Positions 51,088 to 60,116 of a DNA stretch of 64,000 nucleotides are shown here, piece after piece. The notes beneath the pieces are model-generated. The model saw only the letters and a list, made by a program, of their open reading frames with translations, did no database searches and had not been told where the DNA came from. The translations under genes were made by a program, and so were the position numbers. Positions within the stretch are counted from its first letter, which is position 1; each line of letters begins with the position of its first letter. The stretch is from Gammaproteobacteria bacterium. Its GTDB lineage: Bacteria; Pseudomonadota; Gammaproteobacteria; JABABF01. The stretch spans positions 576,001 to 640,000 of the forward strand of contig OZ250153.1 of the NCBI GenBank assembly GCA_965237805.1, given 5' to 3'.

Positions 51088-51760
51088 CGGCAACGGGGTG
51101 CCAAGCCCTATTGAGGCGGTGCTGTTCGACTTCGGCGGTGTCTTCACAATGTCGCCATTCTCGGCACTGGAGCGCTACGCACAGAGCGTTCAGTTGGATC
51201 CGTTGCAGGTCAGCAGCGTGATGTTCGGCGACTACTACCGCGATACCGATCACCCGTGGCACCGCCTCGAGCGCGGTGAAATCACGATGGAGAGGGCGCG
51301 GGAAGAAATCCTTGAGCTGGGACGCACACAGAATCTGGCACACGATCTGGATCTCTACGAGGCCTTCGGCTCCTTTCCATCCGATGGCGGCCTGCGCCAT
51401 GAATTTGTCGAATGTGCGAGCAAACTGGCCGCTGCTGGCTATCAACTCGCCATCGTCACCAACAATGTCGCCGAATTCCGCGACGGCTGGCACGGCTTGT
51501 TGCCCTATGCGGTGGACGATGTATTCAAAGCTGTCATCGACTCCTCTGCCGAGGGCGTGCGCAAGCCGAATCCTGCAATCTATCACCTTGCCTTGGAGCG
51601 ACTCGGCGGCATCACACCGGAGCGGAGCGTATTCCTCGACGACTTCGACGGCAACACCCAAGCAGCCGCAGCTCTCGGCCTGCACACCGTGCTGGTCGGC
51701 GAAGACGGCAGCGCCGCGCTAACAGAGCTCGATGCCGTGCTGGCGGGAGATGTTCAGTGA
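51074..51760 (+). CDS. HAD family phosphatase
   Basis: FDFGGV, VTNN, S...G.RKP.P.IY, FLDD...N..AA. Confidence 0.9.
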   Translation: MDSNNGNGVPSPIEAVLFDFGGVFTMSPFSALERYAQSVQLDPLQVSSVMFGDYYRDTDHPWHRLERGEITMERAREEILELGRTQNLAHDLDLYEAFGSFPSDGGLRHEFVECASKLAAAGYQLAIVTNNVAEFRDGWHGLLPYAVDDVFKAVIDSSAEGVRKPNPAIYHLALERLGGITPERSVFLDDFDGNTQAAAALGLHTVLVGEDGSAALTELDAVLAGDVQ

Positions 51761-52694
51761 GCGCGACCGCACAGCTGGCTGGCAACACCCCCACCCCCCA
51801 GTGACCCCGCCAGTGACCGATACCGCCCTGCGCCTGCGTCGCTCGGCGCTGTTCGTCCCCGGCGACAATCCCCGTGCCATGGCGCGAGCCAGATCGTTGC
51901 CAGCCGATGTGTTGATCTACGACTTGGAAGACGCGGTGGCACCGGAGTCCAAAGAAGTCGCGCGCCTCGCCGTAGCTCAGCAGCTGGCCGATTGCGGGAG
52001 CAGCTCACAGCCACGAGCGGAACAAGTGGTGCGTATCAATGGCGATGATACGCCATGGTGGCGCGAGGATTTGGCTCTCGCCAGCACCGCCGACGGCCTG
52101 CTGCTGCCAAAGGTGGAAAGCACCACCGTCCTGCGGCGCGCTGCCGCCGAGCTGAGCGGCTCAGATGCTGCCGACACAGCACTGTGGGCCATGCTGGAAA
52201 CGCCATGCGGCATCTTGGCCGCCGAGGAAATCGCGGCGGGCGGTGCGGCGGTGCTAGTCTTCGGCAGTTCAGATTTGGGGCGTGCCCTGCACGTTCCCAC
52301 CGCACCCGGTCGCGCCGGACTGCAACTGGCACTGCAACTGTGTGTGCTGGCGGCTCGCGCCCACGGCATCGATGTGCTCGACGGCGTCCACCTCGGGCTG
52401 CGCGATGAAGCTGGCCTGCGGGATGCCTGCGCGCAGGGACGTGCGCTGGGCTTCGATGGCAAAACTCTGATCCACCCGGCACAGCTATCCGCCGCCAACG
52501 AGCTCTTCTCCCCGACCCCCGCCGAATGCGATGCAGCGCAGCACGTACTCGATAGCTGGCACGAAGCGCGGCGAGCTGGGCGCAGCGTCACCGTCTATGA
52601 TGGACAGTTAATCGAGGCCTTACATGCAGCCGAAGCGGAGCGACTGTTGGCGCTGGCGCACCGCGCCGCGATGCAAGCTCCAACAACGGCATAA
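51750..52694 (+). CDS. CoA ester lyase (CitE/HpcH family)
   Basis: RRS.LFVPG, DLEDAVAP..K, VVRIN, LPKVE, MLETP, GFDGKTLIHP.Q. Start uncertain (51750-51813). Confidence 0.92.
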   Translation: MFSERDRTAGWQHPHPPVTPPVTDTALRLRRSALFVPGDNPRAMARARSLPADVLIYDLEDAVAPESKEVARLAVAQQLADCGSSSQPRAEQVVRINGDDTPWWREDLALASTADGLLLPKVESTTVLRRAAAELSGSDAADTALWAMLETPCGILAAEEIAAGGAAVLVFGSSDLGRALHVPTAPGRAGLQLALQLCVLAARAHGIDVLDGVHLGLRDEAGLRDACAQGRALGFDGKTLIHPAQLSAANELFSPTPAECDAAQHVLDSWHEARRAGRSVTVYDGQLIEALHAAEAERLLALAHRAAMQAPTTA

Positions 52695-52703
52695 CAACGG
52701 CAT
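52682..52703 (+). repeat. Perfect 11-bp tandem duplication AACAACGGCAT x2
   Basis: The junction of the two copies forms the TAA stop (52692-52694) of the CoA ester lyase. Confidence 0.85.
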
Positions 52704-52739
52704 CGCCAAAATGCCCCCACCCACAGCCACACCCAACTT

Positions 52740-54389
52740 ATGACTCAATACCCCTCGACAACAGACCGTAGTACGCCATCAGATCCCGACACCGCACGGC
52801 GAGAACTGCTCAGACAGCTCGCGCTGGTAGCCGGAGTGGTGGCGCTGCCTGGCTGCACTGGCACACTGGCACAGAAACTGGGTGAGCTGCACAGCAACAG
52901 CGCCAGCAACATCAGCGGTCGCCGAACTCGACGGCGTGGCGCATCCAGCTATCGAATGGATTTTGACACCTACCGCCACTACGACGCGGTGGCGTTGGCG
53001 TCCTTGGTGCGACGCGGCACAGTCGATCCAGAAACCTTACTAGAAATCGCCATCAACCGCGCCGAGGAAGTCGACGCCGCCCTGAACTTCATGACGGTGC
53101 CGCTCTATGAGCGTGCCCGCAGAGTGGTGACGCGCCAGCTCCCCACAGGCCCGCTGGGGGGGGTGCCCTTCCTGCTCAAAGATCTGAGCGTCGATCTGCA
53201 GGGCACCATCACGACGCGGGGCTCCAGACTGTTCCAAGACTCGGTGGCGGCACAAACCAGCACAGTGGTGCAACGCTACGAGGATGCCGGGCTGGTGATC
53301 TTCGGCAAAACCGCATCACCGGCATTTGGCGGCTCTGTCTCAACCGAGTCCGTGTTACACGGTCCGACACGCAATCCATGGGATTCCAATCTCAGTTGCG
53401 GCGGCTCTTCCGGAGGCTCGGCAGTCGCCGTGGCCACTGGCGTTGTGCCGGTGGCACACGGCACCGATGGCGGCGGCTCGATACGTATCCCGGCCTCGGC
53501 CTGTGGACTGTTCGGGCTGAAACCGACGCGCGGTCGCCTGCCCACCGGCCCAACATATATGGAAACCACCGCTGGCTTCTCCACCAGCCATGTGCTGAGC
53601 CGCACCGTGCGCGACAGCGCAGCCCTGCTCGACGCCTCCCACGGCAGCGAGCCCGGAGCCACCTACCGCATCGCCCTACCGGACAGACCATACTTGGAAG
53701 AGCTGCGCCGCAAGCCCGGTCGCCTGCGCATCGCGGTGGTGCGTGCACCACCCTATCCGATGCCATTGCACCCGGACTGTGAGGACGCACTGGAAGACAC
53801 AATCGCCCTATGTGAGAGCTTAGGGCACCAGCTGGTGGAAACTCAAATGCCCCAAGGCCAGCTTGAGGACATCATGAATGGTTTCGGTGTCATCAACTCG
53901 AGCCACTTGGCGGCGGCCTTCCAATCCTACGAACAGCGCTTTGGCAAAGTGGCCGAACCAAGCCGTGTGCTGGAATCGACGATATGGAATCGCATCAGCG
54001 ATAGCCGCCGTATTCCCGCCACCTATTATCTGAACACGCTGACCTCGTTGCGACAATTCGCACGGCGGATGACGCAACATTTCCGCGACTTCGATGTGAT
54101 CCTGAGCCCGACACTTGGACAGCCGCCGATCGAGCTCGGCATCATCGGAGAACAGAAGACCCAAGACGATCTGTTACGGGTGGTGTTGCCCTACGCCGCC
54201 TTCACCAATCTGTACAACATCTCGGGGCAACCAGCCATGTCGGTGCCCTTGTACTGGAACGAACACAATGTGCCGATCGGGGTGATGTTTGCTGGACGGA
54301 TGAATGACGAGGCCACGCTGTTCCGCCTCGCCGGGCAGCTGGAACGGGCGCGGCCATGGAGCCATCTCTACCCGCCAGCTTGGAGTTGA
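52740..54389 (+). CDS. Amidase signature family enzyme with a putative Tat-lipoprotein signal
   Basis: GVP.LLKD, GGSSGGSA, DGGGSIRIPAS..G.FGLKP. N-terminal ARRELL...VVALPGC. Confidence 0.92.
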   Translation: MTQYPSTTDRSTPSDPDTARRELLRQLALVAGVVALPGCTGTLAQKLGELHSNSASNISGRRTRRRGASSYRMDFDTYRHYDAVALASLVRRGTVDPETLLEIAINRAEEVDAALNFMTVPLYERARRVVTRQLPTGPLGGVPFLLKDLSVDLQGTITTRGSRLFQDSVAAQTSTVVQRYEDAGLVIFGKTASPAFGGSVSTESVLHGPTRNPWDSNLSCGGSSGGSAVAVATGVVPVAHGTDGGGSIRIPASACGLFGLKPTRGRLPTGPTYMETTAGFSTSHVLSRTVRDSAALLDASHGSEPGATYRIALPDRPYLEELRRKPGRLRIAVVRAPPYPMPLHPDCEDALEDTIALCESLGHQLVETQMPQGQLEDIMNGFGVINSSHLAAAFQSYEQRFGKVAEPSRVLESTIWNRISDSRRIPATYYLNTLTSLRQFARRMTQHFRDFDVILSPTLGQPPIELGIIGEQKTQDDLLRVVLPYAAFTNLYNISGQPAMSVPLYWNEHNVPIGVMFAGRMNDEATLFRLAGQLERARPWSHLYPPAWS

Positions 54390-54405
54390 GCACAAGGCTG
54401 CGAGC

Positions 54406-55116
54406 TCAGCCCCGATCCTCCAACAACAGATCGCGCGCCTGATTGATCAGCGAGGCCAAATAGGCATTGCCACCACGATCCGGGTGCAGGCGCTGCACCA
54501 TGCGACGGTGGGCGGAGAGCACCGCATCGCTGTCGGCACCCTCCTCCACACCCAACACCGCTCGCGCCTGCTCTACACTCATGGTGGAGCGCGGCGGCGG
54601 TGTCCCGCCACTGGCATGCGCCGACGGATCAGCCTCCGCCCAGTCGGGATGTGCATAGGCGATGTAGTTCTGTAGTAGCAAGGCTGCTTGCGCATCTGCG
54701 CTCCGACAGTAATCCAGCAACTCCCGCAGCTCGCTGGCAGACAGTTCGCTCAGTTGCCGACCCGCCAACGAGCCGCTCAGCACCTCGCCCTCCATGCGCC
54801 CGCTCAGCGGATCCAGCGTCACCATCAGCACGGCGGTGCGAAACTGCGCATGGCCACCGCTGCCGCCCATGCGCAGACGCCACGCACGCGGCAGCAGAGC
54901 GAGCAGCTGCGACATCATCAGCAGACGCCTGATCAGCGCCAGCGCCGCCAGCACCACGATGCTGATCCAGTGAGCGCGCCCGGTCGCCACCAACAGCACC
55001 AAGACCAAGGCGGCTAAGGCCAGTAGTGCACTCCAAGCACCATAGCGACGGTACAGACGCGACAAGGAGATGCCGAGCAGCGTCCCCAAGGCGATCAGCA
55101 ACAGGATGTGAATCAT
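54406..55116 (-). CDS. Membrane-anchored DnaJ-domain protein
   Basis: Hydrophobic N-terminus and C-terminal A..VLG...AHRR....LHPDRGG..YLA..IN.A.D.L. Confidence 0.88.
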   Translation of the reverse strand: MIHILLLIALGTLLGISLSRLYRRYGAWSALLALAALVLVLLVATGRAHWISIVVLAALALIRRLLMMSQLLALLPRAWRLRMGGSGGHAQFRTAVLMVTLDPLSGRMEGEVLSGSLAGRQLSELSASELRELLDYCRSADAQAALLLQNYIAYAHPDWAEADPSAHASGGTPPPRSTMSVEQARAVLGVEEGADSDAVLSAHRRMVQRLHPDRGGNAYLASLINQARDLLLEDRG

Positions 55117-55158
55117 TGCGGCATCGCCCCCTGCCCGGCAGGTCGCAGCGGCCACCGC

Positions 55159-56136
55159 CTAGCCATCGGCACCCACCAAGTGGCAACCGGCGGGCAAGTG
55201 CCTCGGTTTGGGGCCACGGCGCAACTTTTCTCCCCGCACGATATTGAAATGCCGCAAGCACCACCGTAACAAGCAGTAGAAACGATAACCACCGCGCACA
55301 TGCAACAGATCGAGGGAACAGCTGAAGAGCCAGACAAAGCCGCGCCGCGCCACCGACAACTGACGCCGCTCGGCGGCCCGTCGATAGACCGCACGCCTAG
55401 GCGCACGTGCCGCCGCCACAGCGGCAGGGTCGTGCGCCTGCCCCGATGGCAGGCGCCGGTAGCGATAGAGCACTCGCTCGATGAACACCGGGTAGCAGAC
55501 CTCCTCCAACTGGAGCATCAGATCGAAATCCTCAACATGCAGCGCCGCTGGCGCGAAGCCGTCGGTACGATCGTAAGCGCGGCGCCTAAAAGTCCGCAGT
55601 GACGGATAAGTACACTCAAGCAGACCGCTGTGGCCTGCTATCGGGGCAGCGCTGATGACACCGCCGGGATGAAGCCCCGGATCGTATTCAATTGCCGTTT
55701 TGAGCTCCGCATCATAGGATTGCATCTGAGAGAAGACACATTCTATGGCAGCATCAGCAGCATAGACCGCCAATACCGCCGCTGTCGCATCAGGTTCCAA
55801 GGCATCGTCGGGATCCAAAGTGCCGACAATATCCGTATTCGACTCGGCGATCAGACGACGTAAAGTGGCAATGTAGCCACGATTTTCCGCATTCTCCATA
55901 TAGCGTATCTGGTCACCGCAATCCAGCCGGGCCAGGTGCTCAGAGATGCGCCGAGGCGAGCCATCCGTGCTGCCGTCATCGCAGATCAGACAACGCCAAT
56001 TGCCGTCCGTCTGCGCTTGTAGTGAATCGAGGCAATTGCTGATATAGGGCGCATTGTTGTAATTGGCCACCAGATAGCTGATGCACTCTGGCTGGGCATC
56101 ATCGGGGACAGACGGCTCCACCACTTGGGCAGTCAT
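55159..56136 (-). CDS. Glycosyltransferase family 2 (paralog C)
   Basis: ANYN...YI..CLDSL.AQT, DDGSTDGS, LDPDD, EDFD. Confidence 0.92.
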   Translation of the reverse strand: MTAQVVEPSVPDDAQPECISYLVANYNNAPYISNCLDSLQAQTDGNWRCLICDDGSTDGSPRRISEHLARLDCGDQIRYMENAENRGYIATLRRLIAESNTDIVGTLDPDDALEPDATAAVLAVYAADAAIECVFSQMQSYDAELKTAIEYDPGLHPGGVISAAPIAGHSGLLECTYPSLRTFRRRAYDRTDGFAPAALHVEDFDLMLQLEEVCYPVFIERVLYRYRRLPSGQAHDPAAVAAARAPRRAVYRRAAERRQLSVARRGFVWLFSCSLDLLHVRGGYRFYCLLRWCLRHFNIVRGEKLRRGPKPRHLPAGCHLVGADG

Positions 56137-57098
56137 CGACTGTCTACCGCTGGCTCGGTCTCAACGCTACCATGTGGCGTGCTGAATTGAACTGAGTCGA
56201 GCACACAGAAATCCGGCACATGGATCGGTCGCGGTCCCCTAGGCAGATATTCCCCCCGGATCAGCGGAAAGCGCGCCCCGATGCGCGCCAAATTGCGGTA
56301 AAGCCAAGAGACGCCACGCACACGTGTATCTCGCTGATGCGAGTTGAGATAGGCCAATAACAGCGCAAAATACTTGCTGATGCCACGCAACTGGCGCCGC
56401 ACCACAGCGGCGCGGCAGGCGGTATAGATATGACGCTGCCCGACCCGCCGCTTGACCGGATCGTGCGCTTGGGAACCGGGGATCCAGCAGTGGTAGCGAT
56501 AGAGGACGCGGTCGATGAAGACCGGGTGCGTCACCTCCTCCAAGCGCAGCACCAATTCTCGATCCTCCGCGTACGGGCACTCGTCGCTATAACCATCGGT
56601 GCGATCATAGGCACGGCGTCGAAAAGTGCGCAACGCCATGTACCAGCCATCCGTCAGGCTACTGCGCCCCGGCGGCGGCGGGTGGCCTGACACCCCCATG
56701 TTGGAATCGGTAATGACATTGATGCATGCAGCCTTGGAGGCGGTGAATTCGATCTGCGGGTCGGCAGCGTAGACCTGTAACACGGTCGCCGTCGCCTCCG
56801 GCAACAAGGCATCATCGGCATCGAGTATGCCGACGATATCCGTGCGCGCCGCGGAGATGAGACGGCGCAGAGTGGCGATGTAGCCACGATTTTCGGCATT
56901 TTCCAAGTATCGTATCCGATCCCCGCAATCCAGCCGGGCCAAGTGCTCGCGGATGCGCACAGGCGAGCCATCCGTGCTGGCATCATCGCAGATCAGGCAG
57001 CACCAATTGCCATCGGTTTGCGCAGCGAGTGAATCCAAGCAATCGCCGACATAGGGCGCTTTGTTGTAACTCGCGATCAGATAGCTAATCTGTTCCAC
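56133..57098 (-). CDS. Glycosyltransferase family 2 (paralog B)
   Basis: SYN..PYVGDCLDSL.AQT, DDASTDGS, LDADD, AEDRE. Start GTG 57098 or TTG 57161. Confidence 0.92.
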   Translation of the reverse strand: MEQISYLIASYNKAPYVGDCLDSLAAQTDGNWCCLICDDASTDGSPVRIREHLARLDCGDRIRYLENAENRGYIATLRRLISAARTDIVGILDADDALLPEATATVLQVYAADPQIEFTASKAACINVITDSNMGVSGHPPPPGRSSLTDGWYMALRTFRRRAYDRTDGYSDECPYAEDRELVLRLEEVTHPVFIDRVLYRYHCWIPGSQAHDPVKRRVGQRHIYTACRAAVVRRQLRGISKYFALLLAYLNSHQRDTRVRGVSWLYRNLARIGARFPLIRGEYLPRGPRPIHVPDFCVLDSVQFSTPHGSVETEPAVDSR

Positions 57099-57215
57099 AG
57101 CGGATCTGGAATGCCCTAGATGGTGACGAAAATCATAGCGCAAGCACCGCCTTGCCAGCAAGGGTATGCGCCGCCAACGGATAGAGACAAGTGGCGACGG
57201 CTCACCGCCGCGTGC

Positions 57216-58145
57216 TCAGACCGCCCCATGGCGAGCCGCCTCTGCCGATTCCAAAATACAGTACGGAGGCAAGTGCACGGGCCTAGCACCGCGCCGCAAG
57301 CACTCACCATTAGCCATAATATCAAACTGCCCATCCAGCCAGTCCAACACCCTCCCCAATCGGTGGCTACCGCGCCAATACGGCGCTTTGGACACGACAT
57401 AAAAGAAGCACAACGCAAACCACCGGCGCGGGCCACGCAGGCGGCGGCGCACGGCCATACACCGCCCGTTGAAGATGCCACGATACATGGCGGCCAATTT
57501 GTCCGGATCGTGTGACTGCGCCCCCGGCACCCCGCGACGATAGCGGTAGAGTGCCCGGTCGATGAATACCGGATGCGTCACCTCCTCCAACTTGTGGGTC
57601 AAATCGCGGTCTTCGGCATACAGGCAATTGTCCTCGTAGCCCGCCGTGCGCCAGTAAGCACGGCGGCGAAAGCTTCTGATCGCCACAAGAAATTCGCCTC
57701 TGAGACTGGTGCGTCCCGGATATGGAGCCCTGCCGTAAACATCGCCCAAAGGTGTCATGTCGACTCGGTGGCCGCGCATCTTCGAACAGGCAAACTCGAC
57801 TTGCGGGTCGGCGGCGTAGACCTCGCGTAGCACCACCGTTGCCTCGGGCTCCAGCGCATCGTCGGGATCCAAGATGGCCACGATATCGGTGCTGGCCTCC
57901 TCGATCAGCCGCCGCAGAGTGCCGATATAGCCCACATTGCTCTGCTGGGAGATGACGCACACCCGCTCAGTCAGCCCCAAGCGCTGGACGGTGTCTGTGA
58001 TCACCGCCAGCGAATCGTCGGTGCTGGCATCGTCGCAGATCAGGCAAGACCAACCGTCATCGGTCTGCGCGGCCAGCGAGTCCAAACAGTCGCCCACATA
58101 GGGCGCTTGGTTGTAGTTCGCAACCAGATAAGTCAGCTTTTCCAT
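57216..58145 (-). CDS. Glycosyltransferase family 2 (paralog A)
   Basis: NYN..PYVGDCLDSL.AQT, DDASTDDS, LDPDD, AEDRD. Confidence 0.92.
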   Translation of the reverse strand: MEKLTYLVANYNQAPYVGDCLDSLAAQTDDGWSCLICDDASTDDSLAVITDTVQRLGLTERVCVISQQSNVGYIGTLRRLIEEASTDIVAILDPDDALEPEATVVLREVYAADPQVEFACSKMRGHRVDMTPLGDVYGRAPYPGRTSLRGEFLVAIRSFRRRAYWRTAGYEDNCLYAEDRDLTHKLEEVTHPVFIDRALYRYRRGVPGAQSHDPDKLAAMYRGIFNGRCMAVRRRLRGPRRWFALCFFYVVSKAPYWRGSHRLGRVLDWLDGQFDIMANGECLRRGARPVHLPPYCILESAEAARHGAV

Positions 58146-58357
58146 CACACCATTCAGAGTGGCGGTGCACCACCCATGCACCATCAGCCCGTGACCAAAA
58201 TAGCGGCGCAACGACCACTCGCACCAGTTGACAAAGTATAACAAGAACGCTCGCCACAGCCCATCCGTCGCCTGTGTCGGACAACGCACTCAATTGACCA
58301 CAGCACAGTAGACCTCTACACTGTTCAAACGGTGGCAATGGCGCAGAGAAAACGGCA

Positions 58358-60085
58358 ATGCACGACTTGGTGATTAAAAATGGCAAGATTGTGGACGGCA
58401 CTGGCGCGAGCGCCTTTGTCGGCGATGTCGCCGTCGATGAAGGGCGTATCAGCGCAGTGGGCAAGCTCAACGGCGTGCGCGCACATCGCAGCATTGATGC
58501 CGATGGGCACTTGGTGACTCCGGGCTGGGTCGATTCGCACACCCACTTCGACGGCCAAGCCAGCTGGGATCCCCTGCTGACACCATCTTCCAACCAAGGT
58601 ACCACCACGGTGATCATGGGCAACTGTGGTGTCGGCTTCGCACCCTGCAAGCCTGATCAGCGCGAATCCCTGATCCATGTCATGGAAGATATCGAGGACA
58701 TCCCCGGCAGCGCCTTGACCGAGGGCATCTCTTGGGAGTGGGAAAGCTACCCTGAATACTTGAACGCGCTGGAACGCAGCGACCACGCCATCGACATCGG
58801 CAGCCAAGTGCCCCACTGCGCAGTGCGCTGCTATGTGATGGGCGAAGCCGGGGCCAACAATGAGGCGGCAACACCAGAGCAGATCGATCGGATGACCGCG
58901 ATCGTGCGCGAAGGTATCGCCGCGGGGGCGATTGGCTTCACCACCTCGCGCACCAAATTGCATGTAACCCGCCACGGCTCTGTCATGCCAGGAACCTACG
59001 CCGACGAACATGAATTGCTCGGCATCGGTCGGGCGCTCGGCGATCTCGGTCGCGGCGTCTACGGCTTGGTCTCGGATTTCGACGACTGGGAAAACGAGAT
59101 GGACTGGATGAAGCGCCTTTCCATCAACACAGGCCGGCCAGTCAATTTTGTGCTGTTCTTCCGTAAGGAATCCGAGTTCGCACGGATACAGGCACAGCTC
59201 GACTATGTGCGCCAAGCAGCCAAAGAGGGTGCGCAGCTGGTTCCCCATGTCTCGGCTCGACCCGGCAACATCATGATGAATTTCAACAGCACCGTGCACC
59301 CGTTTATGTTTTTCGAGAACTTCGCCCCGCTGGCCGAATTGAGCCCGACCGAGCGCATCCGTCGACTACAGGATCCGGCGCTGCGCCAAGCGATACTCGC
59401 TGAAAAAGTTGTGATACCGCAGATCCAGGTGCCCGACGCACAGGACGTGATGGCTGCCATCATCACCGGATTCGACCAGATGTATCGGGTCGAGTCGCCA
59501 CCCGACTACGAGCCGACGCCGGACAAGAGCATTGCCGTACGCGCAGCCGCCATGGGTGTGCCACCGAGGCAATTGGCCTATGACATCCTGTGCGAAAACA
59601 ATGGCCGAGAGATGATCTATTTCCCGCACTTCGGCTACGGCACCGGCGATATGTCGCGGCAGATGCAGATGCTCAAAGATGCCAACAGTGTCGTCAGCTT
59701 GGCTGACAGTGGTGCCCATTGCGGGGTGCTCTGCGATGCCACAATGCCGAGTTTCTTACTCAGCTACTTAGTGCGCGACCGCGAGCGCGGCGAGCGGATC
59801 GGCTTGGAATGGGCGGTGAAGTCCCACACCCAAGATACCGCGCGTTGCGTGGGGATCACGGATCGCGGCACATTGGAGCCGGGCATGAAGGCCGACATCA
59901 ATGTGATCGACTTCGAGCAGCTGCAGCTCGACAAGCCGCAGGTGGTCTTCGACCTGCCGGCTGGCGGGCGGCGCATCACTCAGACGGTGCAGGGCTACAG
60001 AGCCATCATCGTCAGCGGCGAACCGATCTTCGAGCGCGGCGAGCACACCGGTGCCCTGCCAGGGAAACTGATCCGAATGCAGTAG
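58358..60085 (+). CDS. N-acyl-D-amino-acid deacylase family amidohydrolase
   Basis: VDGTG, PGWVDSHTHFDGQ, MGNCGVGFAP, D.GAH, DRG.L..G.KADINVID, DLPAGG.R. Confidence 0.9.
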   Translation: MHDLVIKNGKIVDGTGASAFVGDVAVDEGRISAVGKLNGVRAHRSIDADGHLVTPGWVDSHTHFDGQASWDPLLTPSSNQGTTTVIMGNCGVGFAPCKPDQRESLIHVMEDIEDIPGSALTEGISWEWESYPEYLNALERSDHAIDIGSQVPHCAVRCYVMGEAGANNEAATPEQIDRMTAIVREGIAAGAIGFTTSRTKLHVTRHGSVMPGTYADEHELLGIGRALGDLGRGVYGLVSDFDDWENEMDWMKRLSINTGRPVNFVLFFRKESEFARIQAQLDYVRQAAKEGAQLVPHVSARPGNIMMNFNSTVHPFMFFENFAPLAELSPTERIRRLQDPALRQAILAEKVVIPQIQVPDAQDVMAAIITGFDQMYRVESPPDYEPTPDKSIAVRAAAMGVPPRQLAYDILCENNGREMIYFPHFGYGTGDMSRQMQMLKDANSVVSLADSGAHCGVLCDATMPSFLLSYLVRDRERGERIGLEWAVKSHTQDTARCVGITDRGTLEPGMKADINVIDFEQLQLDKPQVVFDLPAGGRRITQTVQGYRAIIVSGEPIFERGEHTGALPGKLIRMQ

Positions 60086-60116
60086 GGCTAAGGTCCACCA
60101 CCCGCTGGGGCGCACT

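Noticed and set aside
58325-59299. Long antisense or alternate-frame ORFs (also 15812-16864, 10284-11093, 31621-32388, 2845-3633)
   Set aside because: They overlap well-supported genes, have no recognisable motifs, and are expected in high-GC DNA.
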